Shown here in pieces: positions 31,067 to 40,334 of a DNA stretch of 64,000 bases. This DNA comes from an uncultured Verrucomicrobiae bacterium (GTDB lineage: Bacteria; Verrucomicrobiota; Verrucomicrobiia; Limisphaerales; Palsa-1400). Numbering within the stretch: position 1 is the stretch's first letter; each line of letters begins with the position of its first letter. The position numbers and the translations under genes were made by a program. The notes beneath the pieces were generated by a model that was not told the origin of the DNA, ran no database searches, and saw only the letters and a list, made by a program, of their open reading frames with translations. The DNA is taken from assembly GCA_963707025.1 (NCBI GenBank), contig CAVPOM010000006.1, positions 480,001 to 544,000 of the forward strand. Reading direction: 5' to 3'.

Positions 31067-32281
31067 ATGAAACAGAATCAACCAAATGACGCGAGGCTGT
31101 TGCATGAGATACGACCGACGAACCTGCTTTCTTTTGGTCCTGACACGGCGGCATTGCCCCTGGAAAATCTGAACGTGTTGATCGGCCCGAACGGGGCGGG
31201 CAAGTCGAATTTGATGGAGGCTCTGGCGTTAATGCGGGCGACGCCCATTGCCTCACAAACAACTTCCAACGCCGATGTGCGAGGGGTGGTGCGGCGCGGT
31301 GGCGGCGCGCCGGAGTGGATTTGGAAGGGAGGGAAAGACCGGCCGGCCTGCGTGGAATTGGTCATCAACAATCCGAAAGGCAAGCAACCGCTGCGGCACA
31401 TCTTCGCGTTTGGCGGCGACTCGCATGGATTCAGGTTGCACGACGAGCGCGTGGAGAACGAATTGCCTTACGGCACTCAGACCGAGTCGTATTTCTATTA
31501 TCACTTCCAAGGCGGGCGTCCGGTTATCAATACTGCCGGTCAAGAGAAGCGAAAGCTGGCACAGGAGACGGTCAACCTGGAACAATCAATTCTTTCGCAG
31601 CGGCGCGACCCGGAGCTATACCCTGAAATCACGTATCTGGCGGAGACCTACGAGAAGTGGCGCATCTACCGGGAGTGGGCGTTCGGCCGGAACACGGTTT
31701 TCCGTGAACCGCAAAAAGCAGACATGCGCAATGACCGGCTGGAAGAGGATTTTTCAAACCTGGGGCTTTTCCTCAGCCGGTTGCGCAAGACACCCAAGGC
31801 GAAGAAGGCCATCCTGGATGGACTCAGCAACCTTTACGAGGGTCTAACCGACTTCGAGCCATTCGTTGAGGGCGGAAGTGTTCAGGTAATCTTCACCGAG
31901 GGTGATTTCTCCATTCCGGCGACACGGCTGTCGGATGGCACGCTTCGTTACCTGTGCCTGCTGGCGATCCTTTGCGATCCCACGCCACCGCCGCTGATTT
32001 GCATCGAAGAACCGGAACTGGGATTGCACCCGGACATCCTGCCCAAACTGGCCGACTTGCTGGTGGCGTCTTCCCAGCGAGCGCAGATCATCGTGACCAC
32101 TCATTCGGACATTTTGGTGGACGCGATGACCGAGCGGCCGGAAGCGGTCGTGGTGTGCGAAAAGCACGAAGGGCGAACTGAGATGCGCCGCTTGAAAAAA
32201 GACGAATTGGCAAAATGGCTGGAAAAATACCGGCTGGGGCAATTGTGGACCAAAGGACAGCTTGGAGGGACGCGCTGGTGA
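31067..32281 (+). CDS. AAA_21/OLD-like ABC ATPase (copy 1)
   Basis: GPNGAGKSN, LSDGT signature, ICIEEPELGLHP, TTHS. Confidence 0.88.
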   Translation: MKQNQPNDARLLHEIRPTNLLSFGPDTAALPLENLNVLIGPNGAGKSNLMEALALMRATPIASQTTSNADVRGVVRRGGGAPEWIWKGGKDRPACVELVINNPKGKQPLRHIFAFGGDSHGFRLHDERVENELPYGTQTESYFYYHFQGGRPVINTAGQEKRKLAQETVNLEQSILSQRRDPELYPEITYLAETYEKWRIYREWAFGRNTVFREPQKADMRNDRLEEDFSNLGLFLSRLRKTPKAKKAILDGLSNLYEGLTDFEPFVEGGSVQVIFTEGDFSIPATRLSDGTLRYLCLLAILCDPTPPPLICIEEPELGLHPDILPKLADLLVASSQRAQIIVTTHSDILVDAMTERPEAVVVCEKHEGRTEMRRLKKDELAKWLEKYRLGQLWTKGQLGGTRW

Positions 32282-32874
32282 GCGCGATTCTCTATCTGGA
32301 GGGAGGCGGCGATTCCAAAGAGTTGCACGCGCGCTGTCGTGAGGGATTCCGCCGGTTGCTGGAGGGCTGTGGTTTTCAGGGTCGGATGCCCCGATTGGTG
32401 GCGGGCGGCGGACGCGATGCGGTTTTCGGCGACTTCATCTGCGCGCACACTGGTAAAAAGGCGGACTTCGTCGCCATGTGGATTGACAGCGAGGATTTCC
32501 CAGCCGACCTGGAAGCCGCGTGGGCGCACTTGAAAGCTCGCGACGGGTGGACGCAGCCAGCAGAAGCGGAAGAGGATCAGGTTTTATTCATGACGACCTG
32601 CATGGAGACCTGGCTCGTCACGGACAGAGTGGCATTGAGAGACTATTTTGGAACTCAATTGCAGGATTCGGCGCTACCGCCTCTTAACCAACTTGAACGG
32701 CGAGAACGGCATGACGTTCAGGACAGGCTGGCGCATGCGACCCGCCAATGTGTAAACCCATACTTGAAGGGAAAACGATCATTTGGACTGCTCGCCCAGT
32801 TGACCCCGGCGGTTCTGGAGCAGCACCTGCCAAGCTTTGTCAGAGTCCGCCGAATCTTGAACGAGAAGTTGTAA
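32278..32874 (+). CDS. DUF4276-like TOPRIM-fold protein (copy 1)
   Basis: GTG overlapping the ATPase stop (GTGA); LYLEGGG, IDSED, CMETWL. Confidence 0.75.
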   Translation: MSAILYLEGGGDSKELHARCREGFRRLLEGCGFQGRMPRLVAGGGRDAVFGDFICAHTGKKADFVAMWIDSEDFPADLEAAWAHLKARDGWTQPAEAEEDQVLFMTTCMETWLVTDRVALRDYFGTQLQDSALPPLNQLERRERHDVQDRLAHATRQCVNPYLKGKRSFGLLAQLTPAVLEQHLPSFVRVRRILNEKL

Positions 32875-32955
32875 CCGGAATTGCGGGCCAGCCTTCGCTT
32901 CACTTCGGCGCGGCAAGTTGCCGGTCGCGAGTGCTGAATGGTTTCGGAAGGCACT

Positions 32956-35193
32956 TTACAATTTCACATCCATTTTTTCCCCTGCAAAGGACACCGTCTT
33001 GGGTGGAGCGGAGGAGCCAGGCAGCTCGACGGCGTAATTTCTGGCGGGGCCGGGCCATTTTATCATGCGGGGGTCCGGTTCCACGGTCAATTGGCGCGCC
33101 CGGTCGTTCCAGTGGAAATGAATCCAAACGGTGCTGGGGTCCGAGCCGTCGCGATAGCCGAGGCTCTGGCCGTCGTCATCGTAAAGGGTGAAATCTCCGT
33201 CGGCGCCGGGATAGACCCGCAGGGTGGTGGGCGCGGTGACGGACTGGGCGGTGAATTGGCGGACGGGATCCAGCGGGATGATGGCGCCGGCGCGGGCGTA
33301 AATGGGCATGGTGGCCAAATCCACGGGGCGATCCACCCATTTTCCGCCCTCGACCTTTTCGCCGGTCCACCAGTCGCGCCAGGTTCCGGCGGGGAGATAG
33401 AGGTGGCGGTTGGTGGCGGCTTTTTCCACGACGGGTGCCACGAGCAGGTCGGCGCCCCAAAGGAATTCATCGCCGAGTTTGGCGGCCTGGGCGTCTTTGG
33501 GATAATGAAGCCAAAGGGCGCGCATGGCGGGAAGGCCGAGGTCAACGGACTGGCGCATCAAGGTGTAATTGTAGGGGAGAAGGCGATAGCGCAGTTCGAG
33601 GTATTGGCGGCAGATGGGTTCGATTTTGTCGTTGTGCAATTCTGATGGGTCCACCACGTCGCGATCTTCGATTGGCCCCATCTCGCCTGTGTTCCATCCC
33701 CAGGGCAGGCGGAGATGCCAGGTGCGGCCGTGGGAACGGAAGAGGGGGTTGAAGGCGGCGAACTCAAACCAGCGCGCGTAGAGTTCGCCGGTCAATTCGC
33801 GGGTGGGCACAAATCCGCCGATGTCCGATCCCCAGAACGGGGTCAAACTCAAGGAACTGTTGAGGCCCACCGGAACGTGAGCAGCGAGTGTGGCCCAGCG
33901 GGATTGGGTGTCGCCGGACCAAATCCAGCCGCCGAAGCGGAAGGCGCCGGCATAGCCGTTGCGATTGAGGCTCCAGGGGCGGACGTTGGGGCGGGCTTGG
34001 AGCGGGCCTTCGTAGTAGCAAAGATGCCGGGCGAGGCGGGCTTCGATGGGCAGTTCGTCGCCGTCGTCGGGCCACCAGGCGTCCACGCCCAGGGCCATGT
34101 CGGCAAGATGCCGTTTCCAATAATTGCCGATGTAGAGGGGACTGGCCGAGTCGTCCGTCATGGTGGCGCCGAAAAGATTGCGGGGCGCGGCGTTGATGTG
34201 CAGGACAACTTTGAAGTGCAAATTGTGGAGGGCGTTGAGTTGTTGGGCCGGATGAGGGAAGGCGTTTGAGTTAAACTCCAGAGAGCCGTGGCCCAGATTC
34301 CAGCCGTTGGTGCAATAGCCGGTGCCGAGGTAGATCACGGCGTCGCAGGGCAGGTTGTCGGCGCGGAGTTTTTCGGCGATGTGCAAGGCGTCCTCCGGTC
34401 CAAGGAGAGTGCGGTGGGATTGCATGTAGCCCAGGACCCACTTGGGTGGCAGGACCGGATGGCCGGTAAGGCGGACGTATTCGGCGAGGGCGTCGGCCGG
34501 TTGGTCCAATTCCGAGAGGTAAACGGTGAGCGGCTCGCGGCCCAGGGCCGGCCTGCGCGGGATGAAAAGACCTTGTTGGCCGCGCAAATCAAATTGTCCC
34601 CACGGGCCGCGCACGAACATGGACCAGCCATCGGCGCCGATCAAAAAAGGCACCGGAATGGTGGCGCCATGGGTGGCGAGCAGGCCGAGCTGGCCATTGA
34701 CCATCTGGTAATTGGTGCCGCGTCGGTCAAATTGATGCTGGCCTTCGCCCAAGCCGTACACCGGCGCGTCGGTATGAAAGCTCATCGCGCCATTGGTGAC
34801 ATCCTCGAAAGCCAGTTCCTGCAGCAGGCTGCCGTCGGCGCGATGGACGGAAATGGTCAGCGGCTGCGCCTTGATCGTAAAACGCATTTTGCCCGCCTGG
34901 ACATCCCGCGTGCCGGCAATGTCGCGCGCGCGAAATTTTTCGGTGATGGGAAAAGAAACAAACGCAGCCGTGGGTGGAACGGGACGGGGCTGTCCCTGAT
35001 CATCGAGCGGGGAGATGACCAGTTGCGCCGTGCGCTCGCTGACTTGGGCGAGGGAGATTTCGCAGTTGGCGCCGGCCCAGAGGAAGGCGGAATTGGTGTC
35101 GGCGCGGGCGGAGAGTTGCGCAGCGCAAAGCAGCCCGGCGAGCAGCGCGAAAATCGGCCGGGCTGAACGCAGGACAGAGTGAGGGAATTTCAT
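32956..35193 (-). CDS. GH31 alpha-glucosidase/xylosidase family protein
   Basis: YGLGEG, PPKWVLGYMQS, WWPDDGD, WSGD, WGSDIGGF, FNPLFRSH, LLVAPV. Confidence 0.9.
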   Translation of the reverse strand: MKFPHSVLRSARPIFALLAGLLCAAQLSARADTNSAFLWAGANCEISLAQVSERTAQLVISPLDDQGQPRPVPPTAAFVSFPITEKFRARDIAGTRDVQAGKMRFTIKAQPLTISVHRADGSLLQELAFEDVTNGAMSFHTDAPVYGLGEGQHQFDRRGTNYQMVNGQLGLLATHGATIPVPFLIGADGWSMFVRGPWGQFDLRGQQGLFIPRRPALGREPLTVYLSELDQPADALAEYVRLTGHPVLPPKWVLGYMQSHRTLLGPEDALHIAEKLRADNLPCDAVIYLGTGYCTNGWNLGHGSLEFNSNAFPHPAQQLNALHNLHFKVVLHINAAPRNLFGATMTDDSASPLYIGNYWKRHLADMALGVDAWWPDDGDELPIEARLARHLCYYEGPLQARPNVRPWSLNRNGYAGAFRFGGWIWSGDTQSRWATLAAHVPVGLNSSLSLTPFWGSDIGGFVPTRELTGELYARWFEFAAFNPLFRSHGRTWHLRLPWGWNTGEMGPIEDRDVVDPSELHNDKIEPICRQYLELRYRLLPYNYTLMRQSVDLGLPAMRALWLHYPKDAQAAKLGDEFLWGADLLVAPVVEKAATNRHLYLPAGTWRDWWTGEKVEGGKWVDRPVDLATMPIYARAGAIIPLDPVRQFTAQSVTAPTTLRVYPGADGDFTLYDDDGQSLGYRDGSDPSTVWIHFHWNDRARQLTVEPDPRMIKWPGPARNYAVELPGSSAPPKTVSFAGEKMDVKL

Positions 35194-35297
35194 TAGGGTA
35201 AGGCGGATTGTTAGCGAGCTGTTTGTCTTGCGCAATGAGAAAACGGCAGACCCGGGGACTTGCGATTGATTTGTTCCGGCCTTTTGCATTCTGCATT

Positions 35298-38200
35298 TTA
35301 AGGCGGCGGTTTGGCGGGGTCGGACGATTGGCCGGCGGCGGGGTGGGTTTTTTTGTGGAAAGGTTCGAGGATGAGGGTGAGGGCCTTGGGAATGTAAAGG
35401 GGACGGTAGGTGGGGGCATCGAGGGTGCCGCCGACTTTGTATTCGAACAACTTGCTCAACGGGGCAACGGCCCAACTGAAAACATGGCCGAGAATGGGGA
35501 AGTCGCGCAGGACCTGGGCCTCGACGCGGGCGTCGAGTTGCTTTTCCGTGTTCAAGGTGCCGCGATAAAGGAGGCGAAAATCGGTGGAGCGGATTTGCAG
35601 GTTGTCGGTCGCGACCAGGCCGTTGGTCAGGACAAAATCGGCCGTGGCCTGATAGGCGCGGTTGTTGCCGGAGCCGGGGATGATGCCGTTGAGCATGGGG
35701 GAGAAAATGCCGAAGAGCCGGATGTTCCAGAGCACGGCGTGATTGACCGAGAGGTGGCCGGAACCGGTCCAGCTTTTTTTGTTGGCGGAACCGCCGCCGG
35801 TGATAAAAACGTGGCCTTCCAGCACGCCTTCCAGGCGTTTGGATTTTGCATTCCATCCCTGCACCAGCGCAGGCAGTTGGATGCCGGCCAAAAAGACCTG
35901 CCCGCGAAATTTAGTTCCCATTTTAGGGTCGTGGTCAAAAACGCCCCAACCCTGCAAGGTTCCCTCGTAGAGGCCCGCCTGGATATTGGTCAGGGCGACG
36001 CTTTGGCCGGTCCAATTCACCTCGCCGGAGGCCGTCCCGGCCAGCAGTTTGGTGTAACGGAAATTGTGGCCGGACACGGCAAAATGCAGGTCGGTCGCCA
36101 TCGGGTCGTGGAGGACAAAGGATCCCCCGGCCCGGATGGACGGCGGGGTGTCAAATCCAATGGCCCGGAGCCAAGACGGGGCCTGCGCGCCGAGCAAGCG
36201 CACGGCGATGTTCTTGTCGAGGGTGCTGACGACGTTGCTCAGGGAAATTCTTTTGGCGTTCCAATCCATCTCGGCCAACGGCGCCGCCAGTTCACCGCCG
36301 TCCTTGAAAAGGCGGGCGTCCCTGAGCCGGAGAAGAAGATTGGTGTATTCCAGCGCGGTTTCCAGGCCGTCCACTTTTTCGCCGCGGAAGGTCAAATTGG
36401 TGGCGGCCAGCCGGGCGTTGCCGGCCAGATTTGCCGGTTCGTCCCACGGGCCGCGGATGGCCACCGTGGCCTCCAGGCCGTCCACCGTTTCGCCGTGGGC
36501 GGTGAAATTGGTGGCGGCCAGCCGGGCGTTGACGGCCAGTTTTGCCGGTTCATGCCAGCGGCCGCTGATTTCGGCGTGGATGATGGGCGGATTGGTTTCG
36601 GAAAAGACCGCCTCGTCCAGGAGCGGCTGTTGCTTCTCCGGCAGGAGCGGACGGAGGCCGGCGGGGTCGAGATGCGAGTCAATAATAAAAGAAAAGGCGC
36701 CGGTTTCATCGCTGGCGGTGAAAGCCACATCGGCCTGGCCGCCGGGCCGGACCAGATGGAGGCGGGGGATGTCCCAGACCTGGTTGGAATAGGCCAGGCG
36801 GGCTTGGACGGAGTCGAGGGAAAACCCGCGAAAGGAGGAGGGGCCGAGGGAAAAATCCCCGGTCAATTGGAGCGAAGGCAGCAGGCGGTCGGCCCAATCG
36901 GGCGGCCGGTTGGTCCAGGAGGGCAGCAGGACGCGGGCCTGCAAGGCGGCCCGGGGCGGGCGTTGCCACTGGATTTCCCGGAGCCGGGTTTGCAGAACGG
37001 CGGGGAGGAGATGGGAAAGCTGGTGCGCCTCAAAATCAAAGCTCGCGCCGGCGTTGAGTTGGCGCGTGGCGACGTCCAGACGGGCGCGGCCCGACAAGGC
37101 CCCGCTGTAAAGCGAGGCGTCCACGTTTGTCAAGACGAGTTCCGGGGCGCGCCAGGAGCCGGCGCAGAGGAAGCGGTCCAATTGCAGGTCGGGAGTGACG
37201 ACCTTGCCCAGGTCGGCCTGCCAGTCCAGGGCCCAACGGTTGAGATTGGCCCAGAAACCCCAGGAAGCATCGGCGGCCGGGGAGCCCGGGACCTTGGCGA
37301 CGCTGCAGGTGACGGCGGCGGAGCCGGATGAGCCCCAGCGTGTGCCAAGACGGGCGGCCTGCAATTCCCCGGACGCGGCCAGCAACACCAGAGGAGAGGG
37401 TTGCAGCGTCACGCTGCCATGCCAAGTGAGGCTGGAGGCCTTGAGTTCGTTGGTTTCGGCGCCTCCGGCCGGGCGGCCCGCGAAATCGGCGACGGTAAAG
37501 TCCACGGCGGCTTGCAAATTTGATCCGGCGGCGCGGAAAATGTCGGCCGTCAAATCCAGGCGCGTGCCCTGCGCCTGGGGCGTGGTGAAAGCGCTGGCGA
37601 AGAGGCGGGCTTTGACGAACGGGCTGGAGCCGGGGTGGATCGGCCTGGCGCAGTCGGCCGCCAGGTTTAATCCCGCGGCCTGGCCCCAGGGAGTTTGGAC
37701 GCCATCGGAATCGAGCGATATTCTCATGCGCAGCGTGTCGGGATCGCGCCCGTCGGCGGTCAGGTTGAGGTCCAGGCGGGGCGGGGCCGGGAAATGGATT
37801 TGATTGAAGGTGGCAGCGAACTGGCGCAGGGAATTCTGCGGCGGGGCGGCGGCGGGCGCGGGGTTGGTGGCGGAGGGGATTGGGTTGGTGGCGGCGGGCC
37901 AGAGGTTGACCTTGCGGGTGGCCATAAAGTTGGTGACCGTGCCGCGCAGGGTCAATTGAATGCCGTGGAAGGAGGCATGGCCGTTGCGGAGTTGGATGGT
38001 ATCGTTGGGCAGCAACGCCAGGTCCAGGTAAACATCGTTGACAGCGATGGAATCGCCGGCGGCTTCGGAGAAGGGGAGCAGGAGGCTGCCTTGGGAGATG
38101 AGCAAGGCATCCAGGCTGACGCGGCGGCGGAGGAGTTTGGCCAGGTTGAGCCGGACGCGGGTTTGACCGGCGGACAGGCGGGGGCTGAGCGGCCGGTCGG

Positions 38201-38459
38201 AGCGGTGAAAGGCGGCGTTATCCACCACCACGTCCGGCCCCCAGCCCAGGCGGGCGCTGGTGAATTGCACCTCAAATCCGCGCTCGCTCAGGTGGTCCAG
38301 CAGGTCCCGTTTCAGGAAATCGGGCAGGCCGACCAGATGGAGATAAGCCCCGGCGGCCACCAGCAGAAAAATGGCGAACCAGATCGTAATGCGCACCCAG
38401 CGAAAGACGGCGCGGCAACGGCGGAAGGACCGGCTTTTGAAGATGGCGGCAAGGGACAT
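35298..38459 (-). CDS. AsmA-like / bridge-like lipid-transfer family protein
   Basis: N-terminal TM anchor, about 1050 aa of beta-rich repeats, and an AsmA_2-like C-terminus (YKVGGTLDAP). Confidence 0.75.
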   Translation of the reverse strand: MSLAAIFKSRSFRRCRAVFRWVRITIWFAIFLLVAAGAYLHLVGLPDFLKRDLLDHLSERGFEVQFTSARLGWGPDVVVDNAAFHRSDRPLSPRLSAGQTRVRLNLAKLLRRRVSLDALLISQGSLLLPFSEAAGDSIAVNDVYLDLALLPNDTIQLRNGHASFHGIQLTLRGTVTNFMATRKVNLWPAATNPIPSATNPAPAAAPPQNSLRQFAATFNQIHFPAPPRLDLNLTADGRDPDTLRMRISLDSDGVQTPWGQAAGLNLAADCARPIHPGSSPFVKARLFASAFTTPQAQGTRLDLTADIFRAAGSNLQAAVDFTVADFAGRPAGGAETNELKASSLTWHGSVTLQPSPLVLLAASGELQAARLGTRWGSSGSAAVTCSVAKVPGSPAADASWGFWANLNRWALDWQADLGKVVTPDLQLDRFLCAGSWRAPELVLTNVDASLYSGALSGRARLDVATRQLNAGASFDFEAHQLSHLLPAVLQTRLREIQWQRPPRAALQARVLLPSWTNRPPDWADRLLPSLQLTGDFSLGPSSFRGFSLDSVQARLAYSNQVWDIPRLHLVRPGGQADVAFTASDETGAFSFIIDSHLDPAGLRPLLPEKQQPLLDEAVFSETNPPIIHAEISGRWHEPAKLAVNARLAATNFTAHGETVDGLEATVAIRGPWDEPANLAGNARLAATNLTFRGEKVDGLETALEYTNLLLRLRDARLFKDGGELAAPLAEMDWNAKRISLSNVVSTLDKNIAVRLLGAQAPSWLRAIGFDTPPSIRAGGSFVLHDPMATDLHFAVSGHNFRYTKLLAGTASGEVNWTGQSVALTNIQAGLYEGTLQGWGVFDHDPKMGTKFRGQVFLAGIQLPALVQGWNAKSKRLEGVLEGHVFITGGGSANKKSWTGSGHLSVNHAVLWNIRLFGIFSPMLNGIIPGSGNNRAYQATADFVLTNGLVATDNLQIRSTDFRLLYRGTLNTEKQLDARVEAQVLRDFPILGHVFSWAVAPLSKLFEYKVGGTLDAPTYRPLYIPKALTLILEPFHKKTHPAAGQSSDPAKPPP

Positions 38460-38463
38460 AGGC

Positions 38464-40311
38464 CTATTGGCGCCAGCGGTCCGGCGAAGGAATGCCCAGG
38501 TAACGGACCACCAGGTTGGAGTACAAATCAACCGGAAATTCAAAAATCAGCCGCCGCCCGTCGCGCAGAACCGAGGCGTAGGGATGGAGGTAAGGGGATG
38601 GCTTGCCGAATTGGATGGTGTTGGTTTCGATTTGCCCGTTTGTTTTGATTTCCAAGGCGATCTGGTAATCGGTCTGGTCGAAACCAAACCGCTCCAGATG
38701 ATCGTCGCCCTCGCCGCTCCAATAGATGGCGGTCAACTGCCCCAGGCGATAGAGCGTTTCCTCGATGGCGGGCTGCACCGGAACGAGCAGGGAACCGGGC
38801 GGCAGGGTCCATTGGTCATTGGTGCCGCGGGTCAAACGGAGGTGGTGGCCCAGTTGATGAATGTCAATGGCGACAACCTGGTTGGACTGGAAACGCCAGA
38901 TGGCGCGGTCGCGCAACTGCCAGAAGGCGTTGGGCAGGAAGTCGAATTGCCGGGGATCAAGGGAATTGACGTAGAGCTCGTCGTTGCCCATCTCGAAGAT
39001 CTTTGGAGGCTGGTTGGTGCCCAGGCCAAAGAGCAGGTCCGCCTGGAGCGGGTTGGCCTGGCCGGCGGGGCGGGCGTAAATGAACTGATAGTGCAGCAGC
39101 GCGCTGGCGGGATTGTCCAGTCCGTAAGGGGATTTGTCGGCGACCGGGGAGAGTCCAGGGACAACCTGGAGGTTGGTCAAGGCGGAGAGCCATTCCTTCA
39201 TGAGTAATTCGTCCGCCAGGAAGGTTTGGCCGTTGGTGCAAGACAGGCGCCAGAAGCCCTCGGCGGTTTTTTGCACGGTAAAAGTCGCAATGCCCCCGCC
39301 TGAAACCTCGATGGAAGCGATCCAGCCCGGCTCCAGGCTGAGGAGATGGCGGTCGAGAAAATTGGTGTAATTGCCGGCCCAGGGCAGGAGCGGCGCTTTT
39401 TCAATCTCGATCAGGCCGGGCGGTTGCAGCCGGCGGGCATAGGCCAGGTTGGTCTGGCCGGCGGGACTGCCGCCCACCTGCAATTCGAAAGCCTTGTTGG
39501 TTTCGCTGGAGTCGCGCAGAAAAGTCAATACTAATTGCTGGGTGGGCGGAGGGCCGGGCATGCCGGAGGGGTCCGTTTCCTGCGTGTTGTCCGGGAGGAA
39601 CCCTTGCACGCGCAGGGCCAGAAGTTGTCCGAGCCATTGGTTGATCTTGGGCGAGTCGGCGCGGGCCTGGATTGGCTTGGTCATTTTCCAGAGGAGGCTG
39701 GCCGGGTCCACTTCCAGGGACATCAATTCCACGTTGGTGGAGTGGACTTGGAGTTTCTGGAAAGGAGCGCCGGCCAGAGGCAGCACCGTCCGGTCGCGCC
39801 ACTGGAGCTGGTTGGTGGGAATCCAGTTGAGCACCTCGGGGCTGGCCACCAGAATCTGATCGCTGCCCCGGGCGTTTAAATATACCTGGTCCGCCGCCGG
39901 GGAGAGGTGGCCGATCTTCAAGGTGCGTTCCCGGCCGTTTTCCTGGAGGAGGAGGGTGAACTGGTCGTTGACCAGCCCGTATTCCTCGAAGGAACTGGGG
40001 TGGTCAATGGACGATTGCCAATCCCATTGCGCCAGTTCTTGCAGGAGTTTCTCGATCAAGGCCCCGGCGGCCGGATAGGCATCCGGCTTGGTCAACTGCC
40101 AGAGTTGATTGGTCTTATCGGCGCGGATGCTGCGCGCGCCGCCCGCGACCTGAACCTCCACGGCGGTGATTTTGGCGGGGTCCAATTCCGGCAGGACCCG
40201 GCGGGTGGGCGGAATGAGGGCGGCCTGGCGGAGGGGCCGTTCCACCCAATAAATAAAAGCGAACAGCACAGCGGCGGCGGCGAGAAGAAGGCCGGTGGAT
40301 TTGGTGTTCAC
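38464..40311 (-). CDS. DUF4340 multi-domain periplasmic protein
   Basis: N-terminal TM; repeated WQLTKP/WKMTKP...AD and YGL motifs. Confidence 0.75.
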   Translation of the reverse strand: MNTKSTGLLLAAAAVLFAFIYWVERPLRQAALIPPTRRVLPELDPAKITAVEVQVAGGARSIRADKTNQLWQLTKPDAYPAAGALIEKLLQELAQWDWQSSIDHPSSFEEYGLVNDQFTLLLQENGRERTLKIGHLSPAADQVYLNARGSDQILVASPEVLNWIPTNQLQWRDRTVLPLAGAPFQKLQVHSTNVELMSLEVDPASLLWKMTKPIQARADSPKINQWLGQLLALRVQGFLPDNTQETDPSGMPGPPPTQQLVLTFLRDSSETNKAFELQVGGSPAGQTNLAYARRLQPPGLIEIEKAPLLPWAGNYTNFLDRHLLSLEPGWIASIEVSGGGIATFTVQKTAEGFWRLSCTNGQTFLADELLMKEWLSALTNLQVVPGLSPVADKSPYGLDNPASALLHYQFIYARPAGQANPLQADLLFGLGTNQPPKIFEMGNDELYVNSLDPRQFDFLPNAFWQLRDRAIWRFQSNQVVAIDIHQLGHHLRLTRGTNDQWTLPPGSLLVPVQPAIEETLYRLGQLTAIYWSGEGDDHLERFGFDQTDYQIALEIKTNGQIETNTIQFGKPSPYLHPYASVLRDGRRLIFEFPVDLYSNLVVRYLGIPSPDRWRQ

Positions 40312-40334
40312 GGGGTTCTCCAGGCCTGAAGCAT

